Notes under the pieces: generated by a model
What the model saw: the letters and a program-made list of their open reading frames with translations, nothing else
Databases searched by the model: none
Told to the model about the DNA's origin: nothing
Position numbers and translations under genes: made by a program
NCBI GenBank assembly: GCA_037444505.1
Contig: JBBIMH010000021.1
Span: forward strand, 1 to 60,258
Length of the DNA: 60,258 bases
Direction of reading: 5' to 3'
Source: Nitrospirota bacterium
Lineage (GTDB): Bacteria; Nitrospirota; UBA9217
Part shown: piece by piece, positions 25,480 through 35,317 of the stretch
How the letters are laid out: every line of letters starts with the position of its first letter
Numbering within the stretch: the first letter of the stretch is position 1

Positions 25480-27204
25480 ATGGATTATTCGATAAAGATC
25501 ACGGGCGAGGCAGGACAGGGCATTCAAACCATAGGCGAGACCCTTGCCAGGGTCTTCGGTCGGATGGGGCATTATATATTCTCGCACCAAGACTACGAAT
25601 CCCGCATACGCGGTGGTCATAATTTTTACCAGATACGCATTTCGGAGAGGCCTGTGATGTCTCCAAGGGAGAAGGTGGACATCATAGTCGCGCTGGACAA
25701 GGAGGGCGTGACCAGGCATAGGAGCGAGTTGGATCCGAAAGGCATGATCATATACGATTCCGCCTCTATAAAGGCGACGTTCGAAGGCCCTTCTTTTCTC
25801 GACATACCTTTCGCGGAGCTCGCAGTGGCGCACGGCGGGGATAAGATCATGTCCAATGTAGTCGCAACCGGCGCAGTGCTCGGGATGCTCGGGATGGAGA
25901 TCGGGCCTTTGCTCAGGCTTATCAAAGAAACATTCGTAAAAAAGGGGGAGGATATAGTTGCGAAGAATGAGAAGGCCTGTCGGGCTGGATATGACTTTGC
26001 GAAGAAAGGCTGCTTATCCTGCTCTTTTTCCGTGACCGGGAGCGGAGGGCCGAAGATGGTGATATCCGGTGTGGAGGCGATCGCCCTCGGTGCGATTGCA
26101 TCCGGCGTGAGATTCTATGCTGCATATCCCATGACGCCTTCGACAGGTATAATGAATTATCTCGCATCCAAAGAGGCGCAGTATGGGATAATAGTGGAGC
26201 AGGCTGAGGACGAAATCGCGGCCATAAACATGGCAATAGGCGCGTCTTTCGCCGGTGTCCGCTCCATGACAGCCACTTCAGGCGGTGGATTCTGCCTGAT
26301 GGTCGAGGGACTGTCCCTCGCAGCCATGACAGAGACGCCTGTTGTGATCGGCCTCGGCCAGAGACCCGGCCCTGCTACAGGCCTGCCCACGAGGACAGAG
26401 CAGGGAGAGCTCTTGTTTTCCATATTTGCCGGACATGGAGAATTTCCGCGCATCGTGTTTGCACCCGGTACCCCGGAGCAGGCCTTCTACCTCACGAACA
26501 AGGCGTTCGACCTTTCGGAAAAATACCAGATACCGGCCATAATCCTGTTCGATCAGTTTCTGGCCGACTCTCAATATACATATTCGGGATGGGACGGCTC
26601 CAAACTCAGATATACGGATTATCGTTTTCGCGGGGAGGGTGCGGCAGGTATAGACCGATACAAACGGCATGCCTTGACAGAAACAGGCATATCACCTCTT
26701 GCACTGCCGGGCAATTCGCGGCGCCTCGTGATAACCGACAGCGACGAGCATGACGAAGAAGGCCACATTATAGAAGATGCAGAGACACGGGTGAGGATGG
26801 TGGAGAAGAGGCTCCATAGGAAGACGGCCTTGCTGAAGGATGAGATCGAACCGCCGATTCTGTACGGTGATCACAGGCCTGAGGTCGTAATAGCGGGATG
26901 GGGCTCGACATTCGGGGTGATGAAGGAGGCGGTCGATCTGCTCTCACGCGAGCGCTCCATAGCGATGCTACATTTCAGCGAGTTGTGGCCGTTTCCGGAT
27001 AAGGTTCGGCTCGATTATACGGATATCCTGAAGATTGCAAAGGCGACGATCTGCATAGAGAACAATGCAACAGGCCAGTTTGCCAGACTCATGCGCTCCG
27101 AGACTGGTTATCAGTTCACTGGCCATATACACAAATTCGACGGAAGACCCTTCACTATCGAAAGGCTCAAAGGAGAGATAGATGCCCACATTGGAAAGCT
27201 ATAG
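25480..27204 (+). CDS. 2-oxoacid:ferredoxin oxidoreductase, fused gamma-alpha subunit
   Basis: N-terminal gamma-type domain (IKITGEAGQGIQTIGETLA) followed by the alpha domain (AYPMTPSTGI, EDEIAAINMAIGASFAG). Confidence 0.85.
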   Translation: MDYSIKITGEAGQGIQTIGETLARVFGRMGHYIFSHQDYESRIRGGHNFYQIRISERPVMSPREKVDIIVALDKEGVTRHRSELDPKGMIIYDSASIKATFEGPSFLDIPFAELAVAHGGDKIMSNVVATGAVLGMLGMEIGPLLRLIKETFVKKGEDIVAKNEKACRAGYDFAKKGCLSCSFSVTGSGGPKMVISGVEAIALGAIASGVRFYAAYPMTPSTGIMNYLASKEAQYGIIVEQAEDEIAAINMAIGASFAGVRSMTATSGGGFCLMVEGLSLAAMTETPVVIGLGQRPGPATGLPTRTEQGELLFSIFAGHGEFPRIVFAPGTPEQAFYLTNKAFDLSEKYQIPAIILFDQFLADSQYTYSGWDGSKLRYTDYRFRGEGAAGIDRYKRHALTETGISPLALPGNSRRLVITDSDEHDEEGHIIEDAETRVRMVEKRLHRKTALLKDEIEPPILYGDHRPEVVIAGWGSTFGVMKEAVDLLSRERSIAMLHFSELWPFPDKVRLDYTDILKIAKATICIENNATGQFARLMRSETGYQFTGHIHKFDGRPFTIERLKGEIDAHIGKL

Positions 27205-28033
27205 GGGACAGACGCCGGCCTGGTGTCCAGGCTGCGGCAACTTCGGGATTCTCAAAGCATTCAAAGATGCCATGCTCGGACTCGGTCTCGAGCCGCACAT
27301 GTTCACCATCGTCTCGGGCATAGGCCAGGCTGGAAAGTTCCCTCATTACACAAGGTGCAACACGTTCAACGGGTTGCACGGCAGGACCCTGCCTGTAGCA
27401 ACAGGGATAAGGCTCGCCAATCACGAGATGCCCGTCGTCGCAATCGCGGGAGACGGAGACTGCTACGGAGAAGGGGGCAATCACCTTATTCACGCCATAA
27501 GGCGGAATGTGAACGTCAAGCTCTTGGTGCATGACAATCAGATATACGGCCTCACAAAAGGTCAGGCCTCACCCACCACAGGAGAGGGGATGAAGACCAA
27601 GAATATGCCGTTCGGTGTTATCTCTGAGCAGCTCAATCCTGTTGCACTCGCAGTCGCCCTCGATTGCAGCTTTGTCGCCCGCTGTTATGCCGGTGAAACC
27701 AGCCATCTCACATCCATCATCATCGAGGCGATGAAGCACAAGGGCTTCTGTCTCATTGACATCCTCCAGCCCTGCGTCACCTTCAATAAAATAAACACGT
27801 ATGAGTGGTACTCGAAGCGTGTGTATAAACTGGAGAAGGACTACAACCCCGAAGACCGTGCAGCCGCATTCGTCAGGGCGCTGGAATGGGGGGACAGGCT
27901 ACCGCTCGGCGTGATATACAGAAACAGCAGACCAATCTACGAGGAGCGCATGCCTGTCATCTCGGACATGCCATTGGTCAAGAAGCCGCAAAGGAGACCG
28001 GATACAGCGGATCTCCTGAGTGAGTTCTTTTGA
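27182..28033 (+). CDS. 2-oxoacid:ferredoxin oxidoreductase, beta (TPP-binding) subunit
   Basis: WCPGCGNFGIL and GDGDCYGEGGNHLIHAIRRNVN. It overlaps the alpha-subunit end by 23 nt. Confidence 0.85.
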   Translation: MPTLESYRGQTPAWCPGCGNFGILKAFKDAMLGLGLEPHMFTIVSGIGQAGKFPHYTRCNTFNGLHGRTLPVATGIRLANHEMPVVAIAGDGDCYGEGGNHLIHAIRRNVNVKLLVHDNQIYGLTKGQASPTTGEGMKTKNMPFGVISEQLNPVALAVALDCSFVARCYAGETSHLTSIIIEAMKHKGFCLIDILQPCVTFNKINTYEWYSKRVYKLEKDYNPEDRAAAFVRALEWGDRLPLGVIYRNSRPIYEERMPVISDMPLVKKPQRRPDTADLLSEFF

Positions 28034-28197
28034 TAAGAAAGGCGTCTTTCGTCACACCTGTCTGCAAAGTCGGGATGATATATACATTTTCGTGGAGCAT
28101 ATTTCGGCATCCATCTAACCTCTGCCGAGGCGATTATTCTGATTTCTCTCATCAGGGCTAATCTGCGTTCAATTGGGTTCAATTGCCCTTGCTGGGA

Positions 28198-30378
28198 TCA
28201 TCGCTTTTCTGGAGCGGCCACAGAGTGAATCGCTTGGCTCAGGCTTTCCATTGTATACGGTTTGGCGATGACACCGTTAAATCCGTATGCTTCGAAATCG
28301 GACATAATCGGGTCATTGGAGTAACCGCTCGAAACAACGGCCTTTATGTTCGGGGCCATCTCCCTGAGCCTCTGCAGCGTCTCTTTTCCTCCCATCCCTC
28401 CCGGGACTGTAAGGTCGAGGATCACGAGATCGAACGGTTTGCCCTCCGCAGCCTTTTTCTTGAACAACTCGATTGCCTCAGCGCCGTCTGTCGCAGCCTC
28501 GACTTCATAGCCCAGAGAGCCCAGCATGGCGGAGGCCACGGCCCTCACTGTTTCCTCGTCGTCCATCAAGAGCACCCTCCCCCTGCCTGTCTTGAGCTCC
28601 GGTCTCGTCTCTGGATATGATGCCCTTTTATCGGATGCGGGCAGATACACATGAAAGACCGAGCCCTTCCCTTTTTCCGACTCGACATATATATACCCTT
28701 CATGCCTCTTGACGATGGAATAGCTTATGGCAAGCCCGAGCCCCCTGCCCCTCTGTTTGGTAGTGAAATAAGGGTCGAATATTTTTCCGATGTGCTCTCT
28801 CTGTATTCCGACGCCCCGGTCTGCTATGGATATTTTTACATATCTGCCAGGCCGGAGGGAAATACCGTCCGACGGCGACACGACGGTGTTTTCGCACGCG
28901 ACTCTGATGGTTCCCCCTTCCGGCATCGCCTGGTCGGCGTTCAGTATGATGTTGTAGATGACCTGGCCTATCTGGGCCTCATCCAATTCCGCATGCCACA
29001 GGTCGTCGGGAATTTCGAATTCGCACTTGGAGCGGCGGCCGCTCAATGCGAACGAAACCGAGTCTCGGATTAAATCTCTCAGGGAGGATGTCTTTTTTAT
29101 CGGCGCTCCGCCCCGCGAGAATGTAAGGAGCTGCTGCGTCAGATCCCTTGCGCGAAATGCCGCCTTCTCCGCCTCGATCAGTCTTTCGCGCACCTCGCTG
29201 TCCGCCTTTGCATAGAGATTCGCGAGGGAAATATTCCCAATTATCCCTGTGAGGAGATTATTGAAATCATGCGCCAGGCCGCCTGCAAGCATGCCCAGGG
29301 ACTCGAGCCTCTGGGCCTTTCTCGCCTCTGCCTCTAGCCGCCTGCGCTCCGTGACATCCAAAGCCAGGACGAGCTCGGCCCTTCTACCGCCAAAGTCGAG
29401 AGTGTGCGACGTGATTTCTACGTCTATGACGGAACCGTCCTTTTTTATGTGCCGCCAGATGCCCGCCTCATCCAGCCCGTCCGTGACCTTAGATACATTC
29501 TCGATAAGCCTTGGTATATCTTCCGGTGGTCTGATATCCTTTATGGTCATACTCAGGAAATCTTCTCGCGAATAGCCGTAATGTCTTATGGCAGCGTCGT
29601 TCACCGCCAAAAATCCGAGTGTCTCGAGGTCATATACCCACATAGGATGGGGATTGCTCTCGAACAAAAGCCTATACAGCTTAACGCTTGCGCGAAGATC
29701 CTCCTCCATTCTCTTCTGATCCGTGATATCCCTGACCAGCTCCACGCCGCCGACCAGCTCGCCGCGGCTGTTTTTGAGAGGAGACGCTGTAATCTCTACA
29801 TGGCGGGACCGTCCCTTTTTCAGAAGGGCCTTTCTGATCCTGTGGACCTTGCCGTCCTGGAATGCAAGGGCGAGGCCGCAGTCGTCGCATATTCTATCGC
29901 TCTCTTCATATATCTTATAACAGAATTCTCCCGGGTGCTCTCCCCAGTCAGCCTTGCACGGCCCGTTCTGGAAAATAATCTTGAAATTCCTGTCCTGAAT
30001 CGTGAGCGAATCCCCAATGGCTGCAATCACCGCTTCGGACCTCTCCTTTTCCTCATAAGCGGAATTCAGAGCCGCTCTTAATGCCTCCTCTGCCTGGGCC
30101 CTGATCTTTATCTCCTGATAGGAGTGCATAGAAAGGATGAAGAACATGAAGAACGGGAGGTAAAAAAGTTCGAGGTAATCTTCGTAGGGGTCTAAGGCAG
30201 ATGTGAGGCCTGAGTGTTCGAGTGCGTTGGAAAGGCCGACCAAGGCCATGACGCATGCGGAGAGGACGAAAAAAAGCCGAGAGGCCCTGTCCCATAGAGG
30301 CGGCCTTATCCTCAGGCCGAACACGATTGCGACGCCGAAGCCGATTGCGGAGATGAAATCGAAAGCGGCAGCGGTCAT
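28198..30378 (-). CDS. Hybrid sensor histidine kinase (TM, 2x PAS, HisKA, HATPase, receiver)
   Basis: H-box GGLAHDFNNLLT, N/G boxes (NIILNADQAM, DRGVGI, GRGLGLA), receiver (VLLMDDEETV...DLTVPGGMGG). I set the start to the ATG at 30378, which forms an ATGA overlap with the upstream small ORF. Confidence 0.8.
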   Translation of the reverse strand: MTAAAFDFISAIGFGVAIVFGLRIRPPLWDRASRLFFVLSACVMALVGLSNALEHSGLTSALDPYEDYLELFYLPFFMFFILSMHSYQEIKIRAQAEEALRAALNSAYEEKERSEAVIAAIGDSLTIQDRNFKIIFQNGPCKADWGEHPGEFCYKIYEESDRICDDCGLALAFQDGKVHRIRKALLKKGRSRHVEITASPLKNSRGELVGGVELVRDITDQKRMEEDLRASVKLYRLLFESNPHPMWVYDLETLGFLAVNDAAIRHYGYSREDFLSMTIKDIRPPEDIPRLIENVSKVTDGLDEAGIWRHIKKDGSVIDVEITSHTLDFGGRRAELVLALDVTERRRLEAEARKAQRLESLGMLAGGLAHDFNNLLTGIIGNISLANLYAKADSEVRERLIEAEKAAFRARDLTQQLLTFSRGGAPIKKTSSLRDLIRDSVSFALSGRRSKCEFEIPDDLWHAELDEAQIGQVIYNIILNADQAMPEGGTIRVACENTVVSPSDGISLRPGRYVKISIADRGVGIQREHIGKIFDPYFTTKQRGRGLGLAISYSIVKRHEGYIYVESEKGKGSVFHVYLPASDKRASYPETRPELKTGRGRVLLMDDEETVRAVASAMLGSLGYEVEAATDGAEAIELFKKKAAEGKPFDLVILDLTVPGGMGGKETLQRLREMAPNIKAVVSSGYSNDPIMSDFEAYGFNGVIAKPYTMESLSQAIHSVAAPEKR

Positions 30379-30659
30379 CTTCCACCTCGCTCCAGGCGGT
30401 GCTGGAGCCCAACTGCCAGCCAGGCCGCCGCTCCGAAACAAACACCTGCAAGGCCGTAGGATATGTGCTCCAGGAGGTCGAAGGCATCCAGCCAGAAAAT
30501 ACCCTCCAAGACGGTGAAGAGCGACGCTGAAAGCATGAAGAGGAACCCGGCGAGTATAAGCTTCCGTCTCGGCAGCCAGGTCTTCTTGTACATGCCGATA
30601 AAGACGGATAACGCGACGACGCCAAAAATGAGGTTTATGATTTCGCTTTCCTGGAACAT
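30375..30659 (-). CDS. Small integral membrane protein (about 3 TM) translationally coupled to the kinase
   Basis: 94-aa hydrophobic ORF whose TGA overlaps the kinase ATG (ATGA at 30375..30378). Confidence 0.45.
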   Translation of the reverse strand: MFQESEIINLIFGVVALSVFIGMYKKTWLPRRKLILAGFLFMLSASLFTVLEGIFWLDAFDLLEHISYGLAGVCFGAAAWLAVGLQHRLERGGR

Positions 30660-30742
30660 TTTGTCGGCCCTTGGCCGATATTATAACAGATTTTCCATAG
30701 ATGAATATACGAAAAATGTCATCGTCATGAGGCTGCGCATCC

Positions 30743-32578
30743 TCATAAAATTTTCTTCATTTCCTTCACAATGGCCTTACTGGATATCTCCTCATAGTCC
30801 AGAAGCTCCCCCGGCTTTCCGCTCTTCGGGACCTTTCTGACTGCCAGCGAATGAATAGGGACTTTACAATCGGAAAGGCCGCTCCTGACCGCCTCTCCAA
30901 GCCCGCCCTCTGCGAAGTGGTCTTCGACTGTGATAATCGCGCCGGTCTCTGCAGCCGCCTGGGCCAAGGTCTTTTCATCCAATGGTTTTATGCTGTAGAG
31001 GTCGATGACCCTTATGCTCACACCTTCTTTCTTGAGCTCCTCGTATGCCGCGAGCGCCCCATGCAGCGTAATGCCGGCGGCAACGATTGTCGCTACATCC
31101 TTTTTGCCCCTTCTTACGACCTTGCTTCCGCCTATCCGGAACTCTTCGTCGGGATCGTAGAGGATAGGCGTGTCCATCCTCGTCGTCCTGATATATACAA
31201 TGCCCCTCCTCCTTGCGGCCTCCTCCACGAGTCTTTCTGTGGAGACCGCATCCGAGGGGTAGAGCACCACGCTGTTCAGGATAGCCCTGAACGCCGCGAT
31301 GTCCTCGAGCCCCATCTGCGAAGGCCCGTCCTCGCCGATCGAGACGCCTCCGTGCGAGCCGCAGAACTTTATATTCGCATCTGAGTACCGGGCCATCCTG
31401 ATCTGGTCATAGGCCCTCATGAGAAATGCTGCAAAGCTTGATACGAATGGGATCTTGCCGCGCAGAGAAAGCCCCATGGCCGCTCCCACCATGTTCTGCT
31501 CTGCAATGAACATCTCGAAGAACCTCTCTGGATAGGCCTTCTTGAATATCTCAGCGAATGTGGAATTGCCCACCTCCGCATCCAGTACGACGATGTCCGG
31601 AAACACTGGATATATGCGGGCGAGCGCATTGCCGTATGCCCTGCGCGTCGCCACAGGCCTGTCCTTCGGATATGAGAGCGGCCGGACAGCAACTGGCCCT
31701 GCTGCAGGAGGGTAGAGGTCATCCGGCCTACTGATGACGCCCCTTGATTCTTTGTCTATCGGACTAAGTTCGGACAGGGCGTTGCTCAGTTCTTCTTTGC
31801 TCAGGGCCTTTCCATGCCAGCCGTCTTTGTTCTCTATGAACGAGACACCCTTCCCCTTCACCGTCCTCGCAATTATCATCGCAGGCCTGTCTTTGACCTG
31901 GAGCGCCGCCTCGTATGCCCTGAGAATGTCGGGGATGGAGTGGCCGTCTTCTATGACGATTGTCCGCCACCCGAAGGCTGAAACGCGTTTTTCATAAGCG
32001 GAGAGGTCATGTCCGTACATAGTCTCGCCCCGCTGGCCGAGACGATTCACATCGAGGACGGCTGTGAGATTGTCGAGTCTGTAGTAGGCCGCGAGCTGGA
32101 TCGCCTCCCATTGCGAGCCCTCTGCCATCTCGCTGTCGCCAAGAAGAACATATGTGCGGTATGGAAGCCTGTCTAAGTACTTTGCGCAAAGCGCCATGCC
32201 GAGGCCGATGGAGAGGCCCTGGCCGAGCGAGCCGGTTGCAGCCTCGGCATACGGAAATGCAGGGGTAGGATGGCCTTCGAGCGGGCTTCCGAACTTCCGT
32301 AGCGACAAGAGCTCTTTCTCGGACACCTTGCCTGCTGCAGCCCATAGCGCATACAGAAGCGGAGCTGCATGGCCTTTCGAGAAAATGAGTCGGTCGTTGT
32401 TCGGATGCGATGGGTTGTCCGGATCGAACCTGAAGGGACCGCCAAAGAGAAGCCCTGTCATCAGCTCCGTCGCCGACAAAGACGAGGTGGGATGGCCTGA
32501 GCCGGCTTCAGTAGTGGAGACGAGTATATAGTAGCGAATCAGCCTTGAAACCTTTTCGAGATGAGCGATGTCCGTCAT
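30743..32578 (-). CDS. tkt: Transketolase
   Basis: GSGHPTSSLSATEL, TPP-binding GDSEMAEGSQWEA, and pyrimidine-binding and C-terminal domains in one 611-aa ORF. Confidence 0.9.
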   Translation of the reverse strand: MTDIAHLEKVSRLIRYYILVSTTEAGSGHPTSSLSATELMTGLLFGGPFRFDPDNPSHPNNDRLIFSKGHAAPLLYALWAAAGKVSEKELLSLRKFGSPLEGHPTPAFPYAEAATGSLGQGLSIGLGMALCAKYLDRLPYRTYVLLGDSEMAEGSQWEAIQLAAYYRLDNLTAVLDVNRLGQRGETMYGHDLSAYEKRVSAFGWRTIVIEDGHSIPDILRAYEAALQVKDRPAMIIARTVKGKGVSFIENKDGWHGKALSKEELSNALSELSPIDKESRGVISRPDDLYPPAAGPVAVRPLSYPKDRPVATRRAYGNALARIYPVFPDIVVLDAEVGNSTFAEIFKKAYPERFFEMFIAEQNMVGAAMGLSLRGKIPFVSSFAAFLMRAYDQIRMARYSDANIKFCGSHGGVSIGEDGPSQMGLEDIAAFRAILNSVVLYPSDAVSTERLVEEAARRRGIVYIRTTRMDTPILYDPDEEFRIGGSKVVRRGKKDVATIVAAGITLHGALAAYEELKKEGVSIRVIDLYSIKPLDEKTLAQAAAETGAIITVEDHFAEGGLGEAVRSGLSDCKVPIHSLAVRKVPKSGKPGELLDYEEISSKAIVKEMKKIL

Positions 32579-33349
32579 TTATGTGTCTCCTGTATGATTC
32601 GATCGATGAGATTCAGCGCCTGTTTCATAGAGTATCATGCTTAAAACAGCCATTGCCGCAGTCTCTGTACGAAGTATGTTCTGACCGAGGCTTACTATCT
32701 CGACCCCTCTTTCCTCCGCCAACTTCGCCTCGTGCCCGCTGAATCCTCCCTCAGGCCCTATGAAGATGTTTATCTTTTCCGGTAATGCATCCCGTCTCAA
32801 GACCGTCTTGATATGCCTCGTCGCCTCCTCCCACGGCAGCAGATATAGAGCCTCCCGGCTTGATTCTATCGAGTCAATGCATTCATCGAACCTCTTTATC
32901 CGGCCGATAACAGGCAGAGTCGGCCTGTTGCTCTGCATCGCAGCCTCTCTCGCTATCTTCCGCCAGCGGGCATGACGCTTCGCTTCGTCTCTCAGCTTCA
33001 CGACCGTCCGCTCCGTAATCATAGGTATGATGATGTTTGCGCCGAGCTCTGTCGCCTTTTGCACTATCCAGTCCATCTTGTCCGCCTTAGGAAGCCCCTG
33101 ACAGAGGGTGATGAACGGCGGCTGTATTTCCCGCCTCTTCACGGATAGTATCTCTGTCAGGATCTCGGACCTACCGGCCTTCGCTATTCTGGCAGTATAT
33201 TCGCGTCCGCTTCCATCGAGAAGCAGAAGCTCATCTCCAATCCGCATCCTGAGCGATAAGAGGATATGCCTGACGTCGTCGCCCGTTACGGCGATCCGGT
33301 CCCCGTTGATCTGCTCAGCTGAAATGAAGAACCTTGGCGGCTTCGGCAT
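32579..33349 (-). CDS. rsmE: 16S rRNA (uracil1498-N3)-methyltransferase
   Basis: PUA-like N-terminus (RFFISAEQINGDRIAVTGDDVRHI) and the SPOUT knot motif (IFIGPEGGFSGHE...LGQNILRTETA). Confidence 0.85.
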   Translation of the reverse strand: MPKPPRFFISAEQINGDRIAVTGDDVRHILLSLRMRIGDELLLLDGSGREYTARIAKAGRSEILTEILSVKRREIQPPFITLCQGLPKADKMDWIVQKATELGANIIIPMITERTVVKLRDEAKRHARWRKIAREAAMQSNRPTLPVIGRIKRFDECIDSIESSREALYLLPWEEATRHIKTVLRRDALPEKINIFIGPEGGFSGHEAKLAEERGVEIVSLGQNILRTETAAMAVLSMILYETGAESHRSNHTGDT

Positions 33350-33379
33350 CCTTGTCCTTACCTTAGATATGGAGCGCCT

Positions 33380-34786
33380 TTACAGTACAGGGTCTGTTTG
33401 AGCAGCCGGAGGCCGGCGCCTTTTTCTCCGCCTCTTTCTCCTTTGCCTGTGGTGCAGAGCCTCGGGCTGCCTGCCGATGGATTCCCCGGATGCAGCATCA
33501 TGCCTATGTCTCAAGAACTCGGCCCACCAAGCAGAGAGGTCTTGATTGTCGCCCGTGATTTCCCTGACGAACCTGAAATAGGCATATGCGTCAGCAAAGC
33601 CTGGCCTGCTCGAGAAGACGAGCGGCGCCCTGCCGGATGTCTTTGCAAATCTGGTCTGATCCCGGAGCATGTCCCTCACCAAAAGCGCAGTCTTCTTGGG
33701 TATCAGCACCCGCGCCGACTGCTCCCTAAAAAATTCTGATAGCACGAGGTCTATTGCTGCGTGAGGATGCATGCCCACTGCAACCAAATCAGATGTCTTC
33801 GACTCAACGAACCTCCCGAACATGAATGCAAGGAGCACGTGCGGCTGTATCTGTCTGCCCGCCTGGACGCAGCCATCTATCCATTCGAGTGCCTTCCCGA
33901 TCCAGACATTCGGATAGCCCTCGCTTTCCGTCTCGAACCACTCGCCGAGGCTGGGGAAGAGCACGCCGAACAGTCCTGTCTTTCTCAACAGGTGATAGAC
34001 CTTTTCGGCCTCGCCCAAGAGAAAGAGCTTCAGCACCTCTTCATACAGTCGTGCAGGAGATGCGAGCGCCACCCTTTCTCTCTGCTCTATGAGCGCCTGC
34101 ATGGTCCTTTCTTCTAAATCGAAGCCGAGCATCGCGGCGAATCTCACCGCCCTGACCATTCTAACCGGATCTTCGATGAATCTCTGCACGGGCTCGCCAA
34201 TGGTGCGGATTAGTCCCGCCTTGAGGTCATCCATGCCGGCCACATAGTCGATGACGGAGAAATCCGCTATATTGTAAAACAATGCATTCACAGTGAAATC
34301 TCGGCGCAGCGCATCCTCCTCAGGCGTGCCGAACACATTATCCCTAAGTATCATCCCCTCTTCGGTCTTTAGAAGTCTGGGCGGCCTCGGCCTCTTGCGG
34401 TCCGAGTGCGGCGGCGCCGAGGTCTCGGAGGCCGCAGCCGGTTCCGGGGTTTCTTCCTGCTCATGCACATCAGATGCAAGCGAGCGGAATGTCGCCACCT
34501 CTATTATCTCGTCATGAAAATATACATGGGCGAGCCTGAACCTTCGTCCTATCAGCCTGCAATTTTTGAAGAGCTTTTTTATCTCCCCTGGATGGGCATC
34601 TGTTGCGACGTCGAAATCCTTCGGTTCCCTCCCGAGGAGCAGGTCTCGCACACCGCCGCCCACCAGATAGGCGAGGTGGCCTGCATCCTTCAGGCGATAG
34701 AGGACCTTAAGGGCGTTTTTACTGATATATCTTCTAGAGATATGATGCGATGCTCTCGGAATCACTACAGGAATTGCTGTACTCAC
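33380..34786 (-). CDS. pcnB: Poly(A) polymerase I / tRNA nucleotidyltransferase family
   Basis: LVGGGVRDLLLGREPKDFDVAT ... CRLIGRRFRLAHVYFHDEIIEVATFR closely resembles PcnB. Arg-rich C-terminal tail. Confidence 0.75.
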   Translation of the reverse strand: MSTAIPVVIPRASHHISRRYISKNALKVLYRLKDAGHLAYLVGGGVRDLLLGREPKDFDVATDAHPGEIKKLFKNCRLIGRRFRLAHVYFHDEIIEVATFRSLASDVHEQEETPEPAAASETSAPPHSDRKRPRPPRLLKTEEGMILRDNVFGTPEEDALRRDFTVNALFYNIADFSVIDYVAGMDDLKAGLIRTIGEPVQRFIEDPVRMVRAVRFAAMLGFDLEERTMQALIEQRERVALASPARLYEEVLKLFLLGEAEKVYHLLRKTGLFGVLFPSLGEWFETESEGYPNVWIGKALEWIDGCVQAGRQIQPHVLLAFMFGRFVESKTSDLVAVGMHPHAAIDLVLSEFFREQSARVLIPKKTALLVRDMLRDQTRFAKTSGRAPLVFSSRPGFADAYAYFRFVREITGDNQDLSAWWAEFLRHRHDAASGESIGRQPEALHHRQRRKRRRKRRRPPAAQTDPVL

Positions 34787-34890
34787 GAGGGCATATTAGC
34801 ATAGAGATGGTCTCTGGTAAAGAGGGAATAATGCTTCTCAGGGGACGCAAAACTACAGAGGATGTAGAGAGCCGAGAAACGCGGCAGACG

Positions 34891-34915
34891 AAAAAAGGCC
34901 GGAGCATGTCCGGCC
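34891..34915 (-). terminator. Rho-independent terminator closing the dsr region
   Basis: On the minus strand GGCCGGA-catgc-TCCGGCC is followed by TTTTTT, 19 nt after the ferredoxin stop. Confidence 0.75.
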
Positions 34916-34933
34916 TATCAGGATGACCCTTTG

Positions 34934-35119
34934 CTATATCTCTGTGACCGCAATAGCCTGCTGCGGGCAGTTCTCGACGCATGTCTGACAGTTTATGCAG
35001 TCGGACATGTTCACTGCCTCGGCCTTGCCGTTGTTGACCGCAAAGACCGACTGCGGGCAGACATTGGCGCATGTCCCGTCGCCGTCGCACTTGGCAAGGT
35101 TGATATTAACCATGTACAT
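34934..35119 (-). CDS. 2x[4Fe-4S]-type small ferredoxin (61 aa), copy 2
   Basis: MYMVNINLAKCDGDGTCANVCPQ...CINCQTCVENCPQ. AAGGAGG RBS. I moved the start to the ATG at 35119. Confidence 0.85.
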   Translation of the reverse strand: MYMVNINLAKCDGDGTCANVCPQSVFAVNNGKAEAVNMSDCINCQTCVENCPQQAIAVTEI

Positions 35120-35160
35120 AGCGCAGTAACCTCCTTTTGAAAATCTGTAGAAACTGTGGC

Positions 35161-35189
35161 ATGATAATCCCTTCTCCTGCAAAAATCAA
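35161..35189 (-). promoter_or_regulatory. Candidate sigma70 promoter for ferredoxin copy 2
   Basis: On the minus strand: TTGATT (35189..35184), a 17-nt spacer, TATCAT (35166..35161). It lies between the dsrP terminator and the ferredoxin RBS. Confidence 0.4.
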
Positions 35190-35225
35190 GAGAAAAGACA
35201 TCCTGTCTCGGGCGGCGGCAGCCGC

Positions 35226-35261
35226 AAAAAAGGCCCGACCGCTAATCGATCGGGCCTTTTT
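35226..35261. terminator. Bidirectional rho-independent terminator after dsrP
   Basis: GGCCCGA (35232..35238) pairs with TCGGGCC (35250..35256), flanked by A6 and T5 runs. Confidence 0.7.
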
Positions 35262-35317
35262 GATAGAAGGTGATTTACGCTCAGTGCGCCGGAGACCGAC
35301 AAACCGCCGATACCGCA

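Noticed and set aside
30053-30625. 190-aa alternative-frame minus-strand ORF overlapping the kinase N-terminus.
   Set aside because: It is Arg/Pro/Ser-rich and out of frame with the hydrophobic, TM-forming frames that fit a sensor kinase.
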